Shown piece after piece: positions 10,071 to 19,755 of a DNA stretch of 64,000 nucleotides. The translations under genes and the position numbers were made by a program. Within the stretch, counting starts at the first letter, position 1, and each line of letters starts with the position of its first letter. This stretch comes from an uncultured Chloroflexota bacterium. GTDB taxonomy: Bacteria > Chloroflexota > Chloroflexia > Chloroflexales > Roseiflexaceae. The notes beneath the pieces are model-generated. The model made no database searches. It was not told the origin of the DNA and worked only from the letters and a program-made list of their open reading frames with translations. The DNA lies in the NCBI GenBank assembly GCA_937876225.1, contig CALFIC010000078.1, positions 20,402-84,401 of the forward strand, read 5' to 3'.

Positions 10071-11834
10071 TTATTCCCGACCAGCCAACACTGTTTCCTT
10101 GACCCCATCACCGAGCTGGCTAGCATAGATTTCTTGGTAAATCTCACTTTGCTGCATCAGCTCGCGGTGTGTGCCCTCGGCCACGATCCGCCCTTGGTCA
10201 AGCACAATGATTTTGTCTGCGTTGAGCACCGTGCTAATGCGTTGCGCCACGATGAGTGTGGTTTGCTGGTGAGCCATGGCCGCGAGTGCTGCTTGGATGT
10301 GTGTTTCGGTTTCTACATCCACTGCACTCGTGCTGTCGTCGAGGATGAGAATACGTGGCTGTGTCAAAAGGGCACGGGCAATCGCAATCCGCTGTTTTTG
10401 ACCACCCGACAGATTGACACCGCGCTCTTCGATGTGGGTATCATATCCATTCGGCAGTTTGATGACAAAATCGTGCGCTTGGGCTGCCTGGGCTGCGGCG
10501 ATGATGGCTGCTTCGCTGGCATTTGGCGCACCATAGCTGATATTTTCGCGCACCGTACCCGAAAACAAAATCGTTTCTTGCGGTACAATCGCAATCTGTT
10601 GAAACAATGATGTCTGTGCTAGGTCACGCACATCGACACCGTCGATACGGACGCTCCCTGCTGTCACATCATAAAAACGCGGTACGAGATGCACTAGCGA
10701 TGTTTTGCCCGCACCAGTCGCCCCCAAAATCGCCACCGTTTGACCGGGTGCTATCGTCAAATCGATGCCATCAAGCACTGCCTCCGCGTTTTCGAGATTA
10801 TACACAAAGCGTACTTGGGAAAACTCGATCCGCCCCGCGGTCTGTGTCGCCAAAGGCTGCGCATCCGTACGATCAGTGACGGTGGGTTGCGTTTCAAAGA
10901 CTTCGTTGACACGACGTGCCGACGCAACCCCACTTGCCCACGTATTCGACAACATCGTCATCATCACGAGTGGTGTCATGGTAGTCAATAGATAATTGGT
11001 AAAGGCGATAATCTGTCCAACCGTCATGTCTGAGCGTGACACACTTAATCCACCCGACCAGATGACCAGTACCATACCGATATTGATACAAATCGTCAAA
11101 ATCGGCATCATCAGAGCCATAAACTGCATGACCGAAATCGATGTATCTGCAAAATCTTCATTGGTGGTCAAAAACCGCTCTGCCTGCGCATCTTCCCGTA
11201 CAAAAGCTTTAATGAGGCGCGCGCCAGCGACATTTTCTTGCAATACCGTATTGAGAATATCGAGTTTCTGTTGCATCGTACGGTAGAGTGGCTCCATGCG
11301 CGACACAAAAAACACAATAATCACGCCCGTTACCAACAGCAATGGCAAAAGTTGCAACGCCAATGCTTGACTAGTGGTAAACATCAAAATCAGGCTACCA
11401 ATCATCATCATCGGTGCGCGGGTGCCGATGCGTAGGTTAATCTGAAAGTAGCGCTGTACTGCCGCCGTGTCGCTAGTGAGGCGCACCAACAACTGCCCGG
11501 TACGCATACGATCGAGGTCAGCAAACGACAAAGACTGGATTTTGGTGAACAATGCCTCGCGCAAGTCGCGGGCCACCCCTTCGCCAACCTGAATCGACGT
11601 CAAGTTGTTGCCAACCGCCACCAGCACACTCGCCAGCGAAATCCCCACCATGATGAGTCCGGTTTGTACCACCACGTCTTGGTTGTGCTTGGCAATGCCT
11701 ACGTCTATGATGTACTCAATCAAGCGCGGAATCGCCAAATCGAGAAACACGAGTGCCGTCAACAACACAAAAGCTGCCACTGCCGACTTCCAATACGGCT
11801 TAGCAAAACGCACCAGCGCATAAATATCCTGCAT
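10071..11834 (-). CDS. ABC exporter, fused permease-ATPase; degenerate-site subunit
   Basis: 587 aa. Walker A is GATGAGKTS, signature LSGGQKQ, Walker B ILILDDSTSAVD (Asp replaces the catalytic Glu). A 39-nt gap separates it from the partner gene. Confidence 0.9.
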   Translation of the reverse strand: MQDIYALVRFAKPYWKSAVAAFVLLTALVFLDLAIPRLIEYIIDVGIAKHNQDVVVQTGLIMVGISLASVLVAVGNNLTSIQVGEGVARDLREALFTKIQSLSFADLDRMRTGQLLVRLTSDTAAVQRYFQINLRIGTRAPMMMIGSLILMFTTSQALALQLLPLLLVTGVIIVFFVSRMEPLYRTMQQKLDILNTVLQENVAGARLIKAFVREDAQAERFLTTNEDFADTSISVMQFMALMMPILTICINIGMVLVIWSGGLSVSRSDMTVGQIIAFTNYLLTTMTPLVMMTMLSNTWASGVASARRVNEVFETQPTVTDRTDAQPLATQTAGRIEFSQVRFVYNLENAEAVLDGIDLTIAPGQTVAILGATGAGKTSLVHLVPRFYDVTAGSVRIDGVDVRDLAQTSLFQQIAIVPQETILFSGTVRENISYGAPNASEAAIIAAAQAAQAHDFVIKLPNGYDTHIEERGVNLSGGQKQRIAIARALLTQPRILILDDSTSAVDVETETHIQAALAAMAHQQTTLIVAQRISTVLNADKIIVLDQGRIVAEGTHRELMQQSEIYQEIYASQLGDGVKETVLAGRE

Positions 11835-12090
11835 GTCCGTTACTTCCTCGTATTCCTAAGATTATCAACAATGTCCAAAGTATACTCCTTATTTCAGCAC
11901 CACAAATTTCACGGAACACCGCTCTCTGTATGTCGTCGTGTCCGCACAAAACGCCACGCCAAAATCCGTGACGCGCAATACGTTTATTTGCGTTGAATGT
12001 GTCAAATCATCACGAGACTTGCAATCAGCGTATATTCATGTCCCGACAAAAAAGCACCGTCCTACGAGAAGACAGCACTTTTTGATACCG

Positions 12091-13089
12091 TTATTTCAAT
12101 AATCGAAATGTACCGGTATCAAGAAAATGCCGTAATCGGAGCTCCATGCGGCGACAAAACTCCGGCACAAACGCCTGTTCTTCATGGCTTTGCAACACGA
12201 TTAAATCATTGAGCAACACAATCCCTCGTGCCATCAACAGCGCATCAAATTCGGCACTACTGACGACTGGCATTGGAGCAACACTGCGGTACCCTGCAAA
12301 AACCTGCTCCTCGGCCCCCTCAATGTCACGCAGGTTGTAACACGCAATAGCAAGATCTTGAATCGGCCAGCCCATACCAGCATCATCGAAATCAAAAACA
12401 CTGAGTTGCCCTGCATGCCACATCAGATTGTAACCATGCAGGTCGGCATGAATCGGTTGAATGGAAAAACGTTGTGCGAGCTGTGCATACACCGGCGCGA
12501 TAATCGCCGTCGCATCAGTCAAAAGCTGGCGCACTACAGGTGTCAGGCTAGCATCATTCGCGCTAGTGAGGTTGTCCGTGCTGTTCATCAACATACTATC
12601 GATACGCGGGAAATATGCGCCGTCACGAGGGCGCCAATCCTTGCCATGTTGATGCAAAAGCGCCGTTGTACGACCAAGCTGCGTCAATTGTTGCCGCGAT
12701 GGTCGCGCCCCCACAATCCGCCCAGGCAACCAATGTGCCACGGTGGCAGCAAGTGTTTTGCCTAATGGCGGACAATCAATCGTCGCCACAAACGATCCAT
12801 TGATTGTGGGATACGGCTTGGGGACATTGACCGTTCCTTCGGCTGCAAGAGCGGCAATCCACTGTAATTCCGCATCTATACCAAATGCATCACGCAGCGA
12901 ATGGGTATTGAGGCGGAGCGCATACTGCACCCCGGCACGATCACGGACCGCATAGGTGGTATTGAATGCATGATTTACGACACGCAACGATACTGGTTGG
13001 ATAGCAAATTGCGCTAATACGGCATGGACAAATGGACGAAGTATGCCAAGTTGTTGACGTTGTGTGCGTTGAGCGTATGTATTATCCAT
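12091..13089 (-). CDS. Phosphotransferase family protein (APH/homoserine kinase type II-like)
   Basis: ORF 12091..13143. The ATG at 13089 is preceded by AAGGAG. Brenner-type catalytic loop IHADLHGYNLMW and DFDDAG are present. Confidence 0.75.
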   Translation of the reverse strand: MDNTYAQRTQRQQLGILRPFVHAVLAQFAIQPVSLRVVNHAFNTTYAVRDRAGVQYALRLNTHSLRDAFGIDAELQWIAALAAEGTVNVPKPYPTINGSFVATIDCPPLGKTLAATVAHWLPGRIVGARPSRQQLTQLGRTTALLHQHGKDWRPRDGAYFPRIDSMLMNSTDNLTSANDASLTPVVRQLLTDATAIIAPVYAQLAQRFSIQPIHADLHGYNLMWHAGQLSVFDFDDAGMGWPIQDLAIACYNLRDIEGAEEQVFAGYRSVAPMPVVSSAEFDALLMARGIVLLNDLIVLQSHEEQAFVPEFCRRMELRLRHFLDTGTFRLLK

Positions 13090-13206
13090 AAAAACTCCTT
13101 CTGCAAACACCAATCTGCACAAACCAAATCGCATCGCATTCATGAGATTCCGTTTATCGTTATAATACCAACAATTGGTTATTTTTTAACGAACGAGGAT
13201 TATCAC

Positions 13207-14151
13207 ATGGCAATTGCAATCATCGTGCATGGTGGCGCCTGGGCCATCCCCGATCACGAAGTCGCCCCCCATCGGCATGGTTGTCGCACCGCCCGTGATG
13301 CCGGGTGGCAGGTGTTGGCCAATGGTGGCAGTGCCATGGATGCCGTCGAAGCCGCCGTACGCATCCTCGAAGACGATCCCACCTACGATGCCGGCGTCGG
13401 CTCAGTCCTCAACCGTGGTGGCTTTGTCGAGCTCGACGCCGCCGTCATGGAGGGCGATCAACTCCTGTATGGCGCCGTGGCAGGGGTACGACGCATCCGC
13501 AACCCGATTTCACTCGCACGCCATGTGCTCAACAGCCCAGCCGGCATGTTGGTGGCCGATGGTGCCGAACGATTTGCCAAAGAGCGTGGGATTCCGTTTT
13601 GTGATCCCGAAGAGCTGATTGTCGACCGCGAGTTTCAAATCTTTCAAAAACTCATCGCTACCTACGACAGTAGCAAAGATAGCGGCTCAACGGCACCTCC
13701 CGGAGAAGTCGTCGCCGACATCGTACAGGGCGGGTGGCCCAATCGCCCCAGCGACACCGTCGGTTGTGTCGCCATCGACGAAAACGGCTGGGTCGTGGCT
13801 GGCACATCGACGGGTGGTACGGGGCACAAGCTGATTGGGCGGGTCGGTGATGCGCCATTGCTCGGCGGTGGCTTGTATGCCATGAACGAACTTGGCGGCT
13901 GCTCAACCACCGGTTGGGGCGAGTCTATTATGCGCATTTTGCTGGCAAAAACTGCGGTTGATTACCTCAGTGATGATTGTCACCCCCAAGATGCCGCCAC
14001 CAAAGCCATTGAGCGCCTTGCCGATCGCGGCAAAGGCATCGGTGGCTGTATTTTGCTTGATCGCCACGGTCGTATCGGTTGGGCATTTAATACACCACGT
14101 ATGGCGCATGCCTGGCGGACTGCCGATGGGCGTGATGGTGATGGTGTATAA
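13207..14151 (+). CDS. Isoaspartyl peptidase / L-asparaginase (Ntn hydrolase)
   Basis: Internal ATG of ORF 13024..14151 after GAGGA. The translation starts MAIAIIVHGGAW and contains the autoprocessing region DTVGCVAIDENGWVVAGTSTGG. Confidence 0.85.
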   Translation: MAIAIIVHGGAWAIPDHEVAPHRHGCRTARDAGWQVLANGGSAMDAVEAAVRILEDDPTYDAGVGSVLNRGGFVELDAAVMEGDQLLYGAVAGVRRIRNPISLARHVLNSPAGMLVADGAERFAKERGIPFCDPEELIVDREFQIFQKLIATYDSSKDSGSTAPPGEVVADIVQGGWPNRPSDTVGCVAIDENGWVVAGTSTGGTGHKLIGRVGDAPLLGGGLYAMNELGGCSTTGWGESIMRILLAKTAVDYLSDDCHPQDAATKAIERLADRGKGIGGCILLDRHGRIGWAFNTPRMAHAWRTADGRDGDGV

Positions 14152-14271
14152 CGTTTGACGCTATTTACAAACAACGTATCGCCATTTTTTCGCACTAGTA
14201 TGCGCCAAGTACGCACCAAATATATGGTCTGTGCTATACTATCAGCGTCTGTTGTGTCGTAGGGGATTGTG

Positions 14272-14826
14272 ATGAATTCGTTTGACCTCGTAAGTCTCAT
14301 CATCGTGGTGGTTGCACTTATCCTTGGTTTTTTTCAAGGCGCAGTGCGGATGATTATCGTCACGATTATGGCCTATATTGGACTTGTTATTGCTGGATTA
14401 TACTTTCAAACCATCGGCGATTGGTTGCATTTGGCTGCCAATATCGGGTTACTCGAAAGCTATAGTTTGGCCTATATCGCCGTATTCGGATTATGTATGC
14501 TGACGTTAAGTAGTATGGGGATTTATACGTTTCGGTTTTTTCGGGGCAATACCGATTCGATTGTAAATCGGCTCATAGGACTCGTGTTTAGTGGGGTTAC
14601 CACACTGTTGTTAATTGGGGTATGTGCCCATTTATTGTTGATTCTGCCCACAGACGTTGCCCCCAGTGAAATGCGTTCGTTTATTGGTACCGAAACACTT
14701 CGTACTGTCGCCAGCACTCGCATTGCCGTACCGTTGAGCAATGCTGTCGCACCGATTGTGCTTCAAATCCTCGATCCATTTGTTTTTAGTGATATCAATC
14801 AGCTGTTTTCCACACCAACACCATAA
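14272..14826 (+). CDS. cvpA: CvpA-family membrane protein
   Basis: About 184 aa with four hydrophobic helices and a CvpA-like N-terminus (NSFDLVSLIIVVVALILGFFQG). The stop overlaps the mutS2 ATG (TAATG). GTG at 14269 is an alternative start. Confidence 0.65.
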   Translation: MNSFDLVSLIIVVVALILGFFQGAVRMIIVTIMAYIGLVIAGLYFQTIGDWLHLAANIGLLESYSLAYIAVFGLCMLTLSSMGIYTFRFFRGNTDSIVNRLIGLVFSGVTTLLLIGVCAHLLLILPTDVAPSEMRSFIGTETLRTVASTRIAVPLSNAVAPIVLQILDPFVFSDINQLFSTPTP

Positions 14827-17306
14827 TGAACATACCACAACACACGCTTGCGACCTTAGAATTCCCCACTATTCGAGCCATGTTGGCACGCCATACCAGT
14901 TTTTCGGCATCACGTCAGCTTGCTGAAACACTCGAGCCGAGCATTGATGCCCATATCATCGGCATCGGGCTCACGCAAACTCGCGAAGCGCGCCATATCC
15001 TCGATGAAATTCCCGACCTCACCATCGGCGCAGCCCGCGATGTCCGTGACGCGGTACACTTGGCCCAACGCGGTGGTGTCCTCGATGCCCTCATCCTACG
15101 CGAAATCGCCTATACCCTGAGTGCGATGCGCCGGCTCCGGATTACGTTTAAAAAAATCGACACCAAACGCATCCCTGTGCTCGATGAATACATCCAACAA
15201 CTGCCAACGCTTGTGCATATCGAAGAACGTATCGACCATTCTATCAACACTGATGGCGAACTCCTCGATAGTGCCAGCCCCAAACTTGGCTCGCTTCGCA
15301 ACGAAATCCGCACCACCATGGCGCGGGTCCAAGAACGCCTGCAACATATTGTCTCGTCCGGACAATATGCCGACGCACTCCAAGAAGCCATCGTCACCGT
15401 CCGCAACGGACGCTATGTGGTACCGGTCAAAGCGAGCCACAAACGGATGGTGCGCGGATTGGTGCATGACCAATCAGGCAAAGGGGTCACACTCTATATC
15501 GAACCACTCGTGGTAGTAGAACTCAACAACAAACTCCGCGAATTGCAACTCGATGAAGCCGACGAAATTGCGCGCATCTTGGGGGAATTGTCAGATATGG
15601 TAGGTGCCCAAGGAGCGTTCATTCGCGCTGGGGTATCGGCGCTCGCAACCCTCGATTTTGCCTTTGCCAAAGCACGCTTTGCTGGTCATCTGCGGGCCAG
15701 CGAACCCATCATGATTGATGTGCTCAAAGGTCAAGATCCCGAAATCAAGCTTATCAAAGCTCGGCATCCGTTGATTGATGCCAAAGTGGTCGTCCCAGTC
15801 GATGTCACCATGCCCCACCAAACCCGAATTTTGTTGATTACCGGCCCCAATACTGGCGGCAAAACCGTATCGCTCAAAACGACTGGACTGCTGGCGTTGA
15901 TGGCGCAATCAGGGCTGTTTATCCCTGCTGCTGATGGTTCGATTCTGCCGATTTTTGGGCGAATTTTTGCTGATATTGGTGATGAACAAAGCATCGAACA
16001 AAGCCTGTCGACCTTTTCGTCACACATGACCAATATCATCAAAATATTACATAGCCTCGACAACGTCGTTGATCCCGAACCCTCGCAAATCCGTGCGGTC
16101 GGCGTCGATCAATGGCAACCCATCGCACCGGTGTTTGCTGATGATTTACCTGTACTGATTTTGTTTGACGAACTTGGTGCCGGCACAGACCCCATCGAAG
16201 GGTCGGCCCTCGCCCGCGCCATCATTGCCCATATTTTGACGCGTGGTGCATTTGCCATCGCCACTACCCACTATGCCGAACTCAAAGCCTATGCCTATAG
16301 CACACCAGGTGTACAAAACGCCTCAGTCGAATTCAATACCGAAACGTTATCACCAACCTATCGACTCTTGATCGGCGTCCCTGGGCGTTCCAATGCGTTA
16401 GCAATCGCGACCCGCCTCGGATTGGATGCGATGATTATCGACGCTGCGCGGCAATCGTTGCCTGACCAAGAATTGCACGTCGATACACTCCTCGCCGCCA
16501 TCCAAAAAGAACGTCAGGACACCGCCCAAGCGCTCCAACATGCCGAAGCCCTCCGCCGTGAAGCCGATGGCTTGCGCCAACAAATACAAGCAGAGCGCCA
16601 TGCCATGGAAGTGCAACTCGAAAACGAGCGCCAAGCCGCCCAACAACTCATCGAAGCCGAAGTCAAAGCAGTGCGAGCCGAGTTACGCCGCGTGCGTGAC
16701 GATGTCAATCAGGTGTCCGTATCCAAAAAATGGATGGAAGAAGCGCAACAACGCGCCCAAGATGCCCAAGTCAAAGCCAACGAACAACTCGCCAAACAAC
16801 GCCGCCCACAAGCACCAGCGCCACAAGTATCCCAAGTGGCACCAGCCCCACGCCCACTCCAAGTGGGCGATGCGGTGTTTGTACCGTCAGTCAATTTGAC
16901 TGGCGATGTGGTGTCGATTGATGAGGCCGATGACAGCGCCGAAGTACAAGTGGGCGGTTTTCGTTTGACGGTAGTACTCAGTGAGCTCCGTCCAGGCCAA
17001 CGTAAAGAACAAAAGCCAGTCGTCGCACCACGCACCACCAATATCCCCGCTGCTCCCGATGTGGCGCTCGAACTCGATGTCCGGGGGCTACGTGCCGTCG
17101 ATGCCTGCGAGCGTGTTGACCGTTACCTCGACGATGCGTATCGGGCTGGATTACCCTATGTGCGGATTATTCATGGCAAAGGACTTGGGGCATTACGCCA
17201 AGCCTTACGAGACCAACTCAAGGCACTCCCACAAGTGAAATCGTTTGAGGGTGGCGGTGCAAGTGGCGGCGAAGGGGTGACTGTTGTACACTTGAAGGAA
17301 CGATAA
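14826..17306 (+). CDS. mutS2: Endonuclease MutS2
   Basis: 826 aa with the MutS ATPase P-loop ITGPNTGGKTVSLKT and a C-terminal Smr domain (LDVRGLRAVDA...VRIIHGKGLGALRQ). Confidence 0.93.
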   Translation: MNIPQHTLATLEFPTIRAMLARHTSFSASRQLAETLEPSIDAHIIGIGLTQTREARHILDEIPDLTIGAARDVRDAVHLAQRGGVLDALILREIAYTLSAMRRLRITFKKIDTKRIPVLDEYIQQLPTLVHIEERIDHSINTDGELLDSASPKLGSLRNEIRTTMARVQERLQHIVSSGQYADALQEAIVTVRNGRYVVPVKASHKRMVRGLVHDQSGKGVTLYIEPLVVVELNNKLRELQLDEADEIARILGELSDMVGAQGAFIRAGVSALATLDFAFAKARFAGHLRASEPIMIDVLKGQDPEIKLIKARHPLIDAKVVVPVDVTMPHQTRILLITGPNTGGKTVSLKTTGLLALMAQSGLFIPAADGSILPIFGRIFADIGDEQSIEQSLSTFSSHMTNIIKILHSLDNVVDPEPSQIRAVGVDQWQPIAPVFADDLPVLILFDELGAGTDPIEGSALARAIIAHILTRGAFAIATTHYAELKAYAYSTPGVQNASVEFNTETLSPTYRLLIGVPGRSNALAIATRLGLDAMIIDAARQSLPDQELHVDTLLAAIQKERQDTAQALQHAEALRREADGLRQQIQAERHAMEVQLENERQAAQQLIEAEVKAVRAELRRVRDDVNQVSVSKKWMEEAQQRAQDAQVKANEQLAKQRRPQAPAPQVSQVAPAPRPLQVGDAVFVPSVNLTGDVVSIDEADDSAEVQVGGFRLTVVLSELRPGQRKEQKPVVAPRTTNIPAAPDVALELDVRGLRAVDACERVDRYLDDAYRAGLPYVRIIHGKGLGALRQALRDQLKALPQVKSFEGGGASGGEGVTVVHLKER

Positions 17307-17391
17307 GCGTTCATTGTCTAACAGCTCCGTTTGTCGCTTCCAATTACCTACAGAAATCACCAAACCGCATGCGTTTCGTTGGAGGTACCAC

Positions 17392-18114
17392 ATGTCACAA
17401 ACAGTCATTAATGTATTATTGCTCGTTGCACTCATACTCCCCTTTGTTGGGGCACTCGTATTGCGTATTCTTAGTCGCATCGCAACCCCACAAGTCACTG
17501 TCGTCGTTGCCGCGATTACTGCGATTATTATTGTGAGTGCCGTACTGAGTTTGGCAAACATTAGTATTGGGAGCCTGCGTATCGCAAATTTAACCTTGCT
17601 GCTCCCCGTGGCACCAGCAGTCGATCGCCCTGTCGATATATCGAGTGACATCCTCGATGCCGAACTCAATAGTGATACTGGCACTGCAACTGTTGTCCCA
17701 GATGTGACCATAACGCCGAGCCCCACCATTGTGCCAACCCAAATGCCCACGCCGGTAACTGGTGATACCACCACCTTGACCGATACCACCACCTTGACCG
17801 ATACCACCACTTTGACTGATACCACCACTTTGACTGATACCACCACTTTGACTGATACTACTGCCCTTGCAACTCCTGCGCCAACCGTGGCAATACCGGT
17901 AGCAACGACAGCCCCCACCGTGATTACAAAAATCACCGAAGTGTCGATTCCTACAGTGTCCGTGAAAACGCATAAATACATCGTACAACCCGGTGACTCA
18001 TTACTTGCTATTGCGCAAAAGTTTCACCTTACCGTCAAACAAATTGAAGACGTCAATCCATATCTCCAGAATCCCGACAACCTTATTGCTGGACAGGAGC
18101 TCGATATACCATGA
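17392..18114 (+). CDS. Membrane-anchored LysM protein with (DTTTLT)n tandem repeat
   Basis: The ATG at 17392 is preceded by GGAGG. The protein has an N-terminal TM segment, a Thr/Pro-rich region and a C-terminal LysM domain (YIVQPGDSLLAIAQKFHLTVKQIEDVNP). Confidence 0.75.
   Translation: MSQTVINVLLLVALILPFVGALVLRILSRIATPQVTVVVAAITAIIIVSAVLSLANISIGSLRIANLTLLLPVAPAVDRPVDISSDILDAELNSDTGTATVVPDVTITPSPTIVPTQMPTPVTGDTTTLTDTTTLTDTTTLTDTTTLTDTTTLTDTTALATPAPTVAIPVATTAPTVITKITEVSIPTVSVKTHKYIVQPGDSLLAIAQKFHLTVKQIEDVNPYLQNPDNLIAGQELDIP
17764..17853 (+). repeat. In-frame 18-bp tandem repeat, 5 copies plus a degenerate sixth (to 17871)
   Basis: GATACCACCACCTTGACC x2, then GATACCACCACTTTGACT x3. Unit boundaries were verified against the reading frame (D151 = 17764). 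Confidence 0.95.
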
Positions 18115-18599
18115 GTGAGCCACTCCAAATTTCTATTACCACATCTATCCGCGATACACTCGCGGCAGCCCAGCTCTATCAGACCACTACCGTCAAGCAC
18201 CGTGTTTATCAAACAGTTGCTGGGGTATTGTTTGCACTCGCACTCTGGCAAGGATTTAGTACCAGTTTTGGTGGCAATCAACTCATGTTGATTGTGATTG
18301 CCTTACTACTCGCCCTTGACCCTGTCCCGCTCATCTTGATGGTTATGAGTAGTTTTAATCAACCCAATGCCACAAACACACTACGTATCGACGACAGCGG
18401 CGTTACACGCATCATTGGTGATCGTACAGCGCATGTAGCGTGGGCCCAATTAACCCGTAGCATCGAAAATCGTAGCTATATTTTATTGGTTGCTGGTTCA
18501 TGGAATTACATCGTTATACCGCAACGGGCATTTAATGCACCACATCTCAAACCAGCATTCATGCAATACATCAATACCCACCTCAAGGTCAGCAAGTAA
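18111..18599 (+). CDS. Membrane protein of unknown function (YcxB-like)
   Basis: 162 aa with two central TM helices. ATGA overlaps the upstream stop and TAATG overlaps the downstream start. Confidence 0.55.
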   Translation: MSEPLQISITTSIRDTLAAAQLYQTTTVKHRVYQTVAGVLFALALWQGFSTSFGGNQLMLIVIALLLALDPVPLILMVMSSFNQPNATNTLRIDDSGVTRIIGDRTAHVAWAQLTRSIENRSYILLVAGSWNYIVIPQRAFNAPHLKPAFMQYINTHLKVSK

Positions 18600-19639
18600 T
18601 GCATCGTTGGGTACTTATTATCCTCATCCTCATCACCATCGGTATGGTTGTTGCCGCTACACACCAAGTGTGGCGGTTGACACAAATAGCCATAAATACC
18701 CCCACCCCTCAAACCACCATCACAACCACCCTTAGCTCGCTACCACGTTCCCCAACTATACGTCTCACAGCTACTACGATACCTACTATTGTAGAAACAC
18801 CAACAGCAACTATTGAACCAACAATTATCCCCACTCCAACACCATTTCCCAGCCCCCAAGCCTATATCGCCTATCGCGTCAAAACTGGTGATACCCTCAC
18901 CATAATCGCCCACGCAAGTGGCAGTAATCCTGATTACATTGCAGCGTTTAATCGATTTACTGGAGAACCTGAAGTACTGCGCCCGCTTATCATCCCCCAA
19001 CTCGACGCCAAATCAAATACCCTCACTAGTCAAGCAATTCTCGTGCAACGAGGTGCCAACCGCCCCGCAGTGGCGCTCACATTTGATGCCGGCGCTGATA
19101 GTGCACCCACCACGGCAATCCTCGATACATTAGCACTTCACCATGTGCACGTGACGTTTTTTCTCACTGGTGAGTGGGTCAAAAAAAATCCCGAATTAAC
19201 GCGGCGCATCATTGCCGATGGACATGAGGTCGCTAATCATTCCCAAACCCATCCCGACTTCCGCCAGCTCGATGACGCCGCCATTGCCAAAGAACTCCAT
19301 CTCATGGCACAAGCATTTTTTGATGCGACCGGCATCTGGCCAGCACCCTACTTTCGACCTCCCTTTGGCGCCTATGACGAACGCGTGTTGCGCGCCGTGA
19401 TTGCCAACGGTTATTTGCCTATTTTTTGGACGCTCGATAGCCTTGATTCCGTCGGCGAAACCAAAAGCGCCAACTTTCTCGTCGATCGCCTCACCAATAC
19501 CCTCAGCGCCACCCAACTCAACGGCGCTATTTTGCTCTGTCATATTGGCAATCCATCCACAGCCGAAGCGTTACCACGCATCCTCGATGAATTTGCCAAA
19601 CGCGGAATCATCGTCACCACCCTCTCACAAATTCTCTAA
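18599..19639 (+). CDS. LysM-domain polysaccharide deacetylase (NodB homology domain)
   Basis: 346 aa with a TM anchor, a Thr/Pro linker and a LysM domain (YRVKTGDTLTIIAH). NodB motifs are VALTFDAGAD and HEVANHSQTHPDF. Confidence 0.85.
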   Translation: MHRWVLIILILITIGMVVAATHQVWRLTQIAINTPTPQTTITTTLSSLPRSPTIRLTATTIPTIVETPTATIEPTIIPTPTPFPSPQAYIAYRVKTGDTLTIIAHASGSNPDYIAAFNRFTGEPEVLRPLIIPQLDAKSNTLTSQAILVQRGANRPAVALTFDAGADSAPTTAILDTLALHHVHVTFFLTGEWVKKNPELTRRIIADGHEVANHSQTHPDFRQLDDAAIAKELHLMAQAFFDATGIWPAPYFRPPFGAYDERVLRAVIANGYLPIFWTLDSLDSVGETKSANFLVDRLTNTLSATQLNGAILLCHIGNPSTAEALPRILDEFAKRGIIVTTLSQIL

Positions 19640-19715
19640 CCGCCATTCAAAGCCGCTGTTTTTTACGCATTATCATCACCAATCAACAAAAAAATGCACT
19701 CCATCGCTGTGCTCA

Positions 19716-19723
19716 TGTATAAT
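19716..19723 (+). promoter_or_regulatory. Extended -10 element (TGTATAAT) upstream of valS
   Basis: TGnTATAAT match 33 nt upstream of the valS ATG. The -35 is weak. Confidence 0.3.
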
Positions 19724-19755
19724 GCCTTTAAGCATGCACAATTTATAGGTGAGAA

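Noticed and set aside
9966-10610. Long antisense ORFs inside ABC transporter genes (also 39548..40219, 40376..40996, 41562..42059) and inside thrS (6406..6939)
   Set aside because: They lie opposite genes with unmistakable conserved motifs. Their translations are Arg/His/Cys-rich and motif-free, as expected for stop-poor antisense frames.
13024-13206. N-terminal extension of the asparaginase-like ORF overlapping the divergent kinase gene
   Set aside because: The extension has no homology-like features and would overlap the 5' end of 12091..13089. An ATG with a GAGGA RBS at 13207 gives the canonical MAIAIIVHGGAW start.
14826-17306. MutS2, RecN, BFN nuclease and NUDIX hydrolase as parts of a defence island
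   Set aside because: Each is a full-length housekeeping-type protein in a separate location among core genes. The window contains no clustering, no mobile-element hallmarks and no typical defence partners such as methylases, helicase-nuclease fusions, TIR, Sir2 or CBASS components.
17205-17981. 258-aa minus-strand ORF with VVVSVK repeats
   Set aside because: It is the antisense mirror of the (DTTTLT)n repeat in the LysM gene. The sense frame has an RBS, a TM anchor and a LysM domain. The antisense frame has none of these.
19640-19755. T-box leaders upstream of valS (and thrS at 5219-5307)
   Set aside because: The leaders are only about 115 and 90 nt, too short for a T-box. I saw no T-box consensus sequence.
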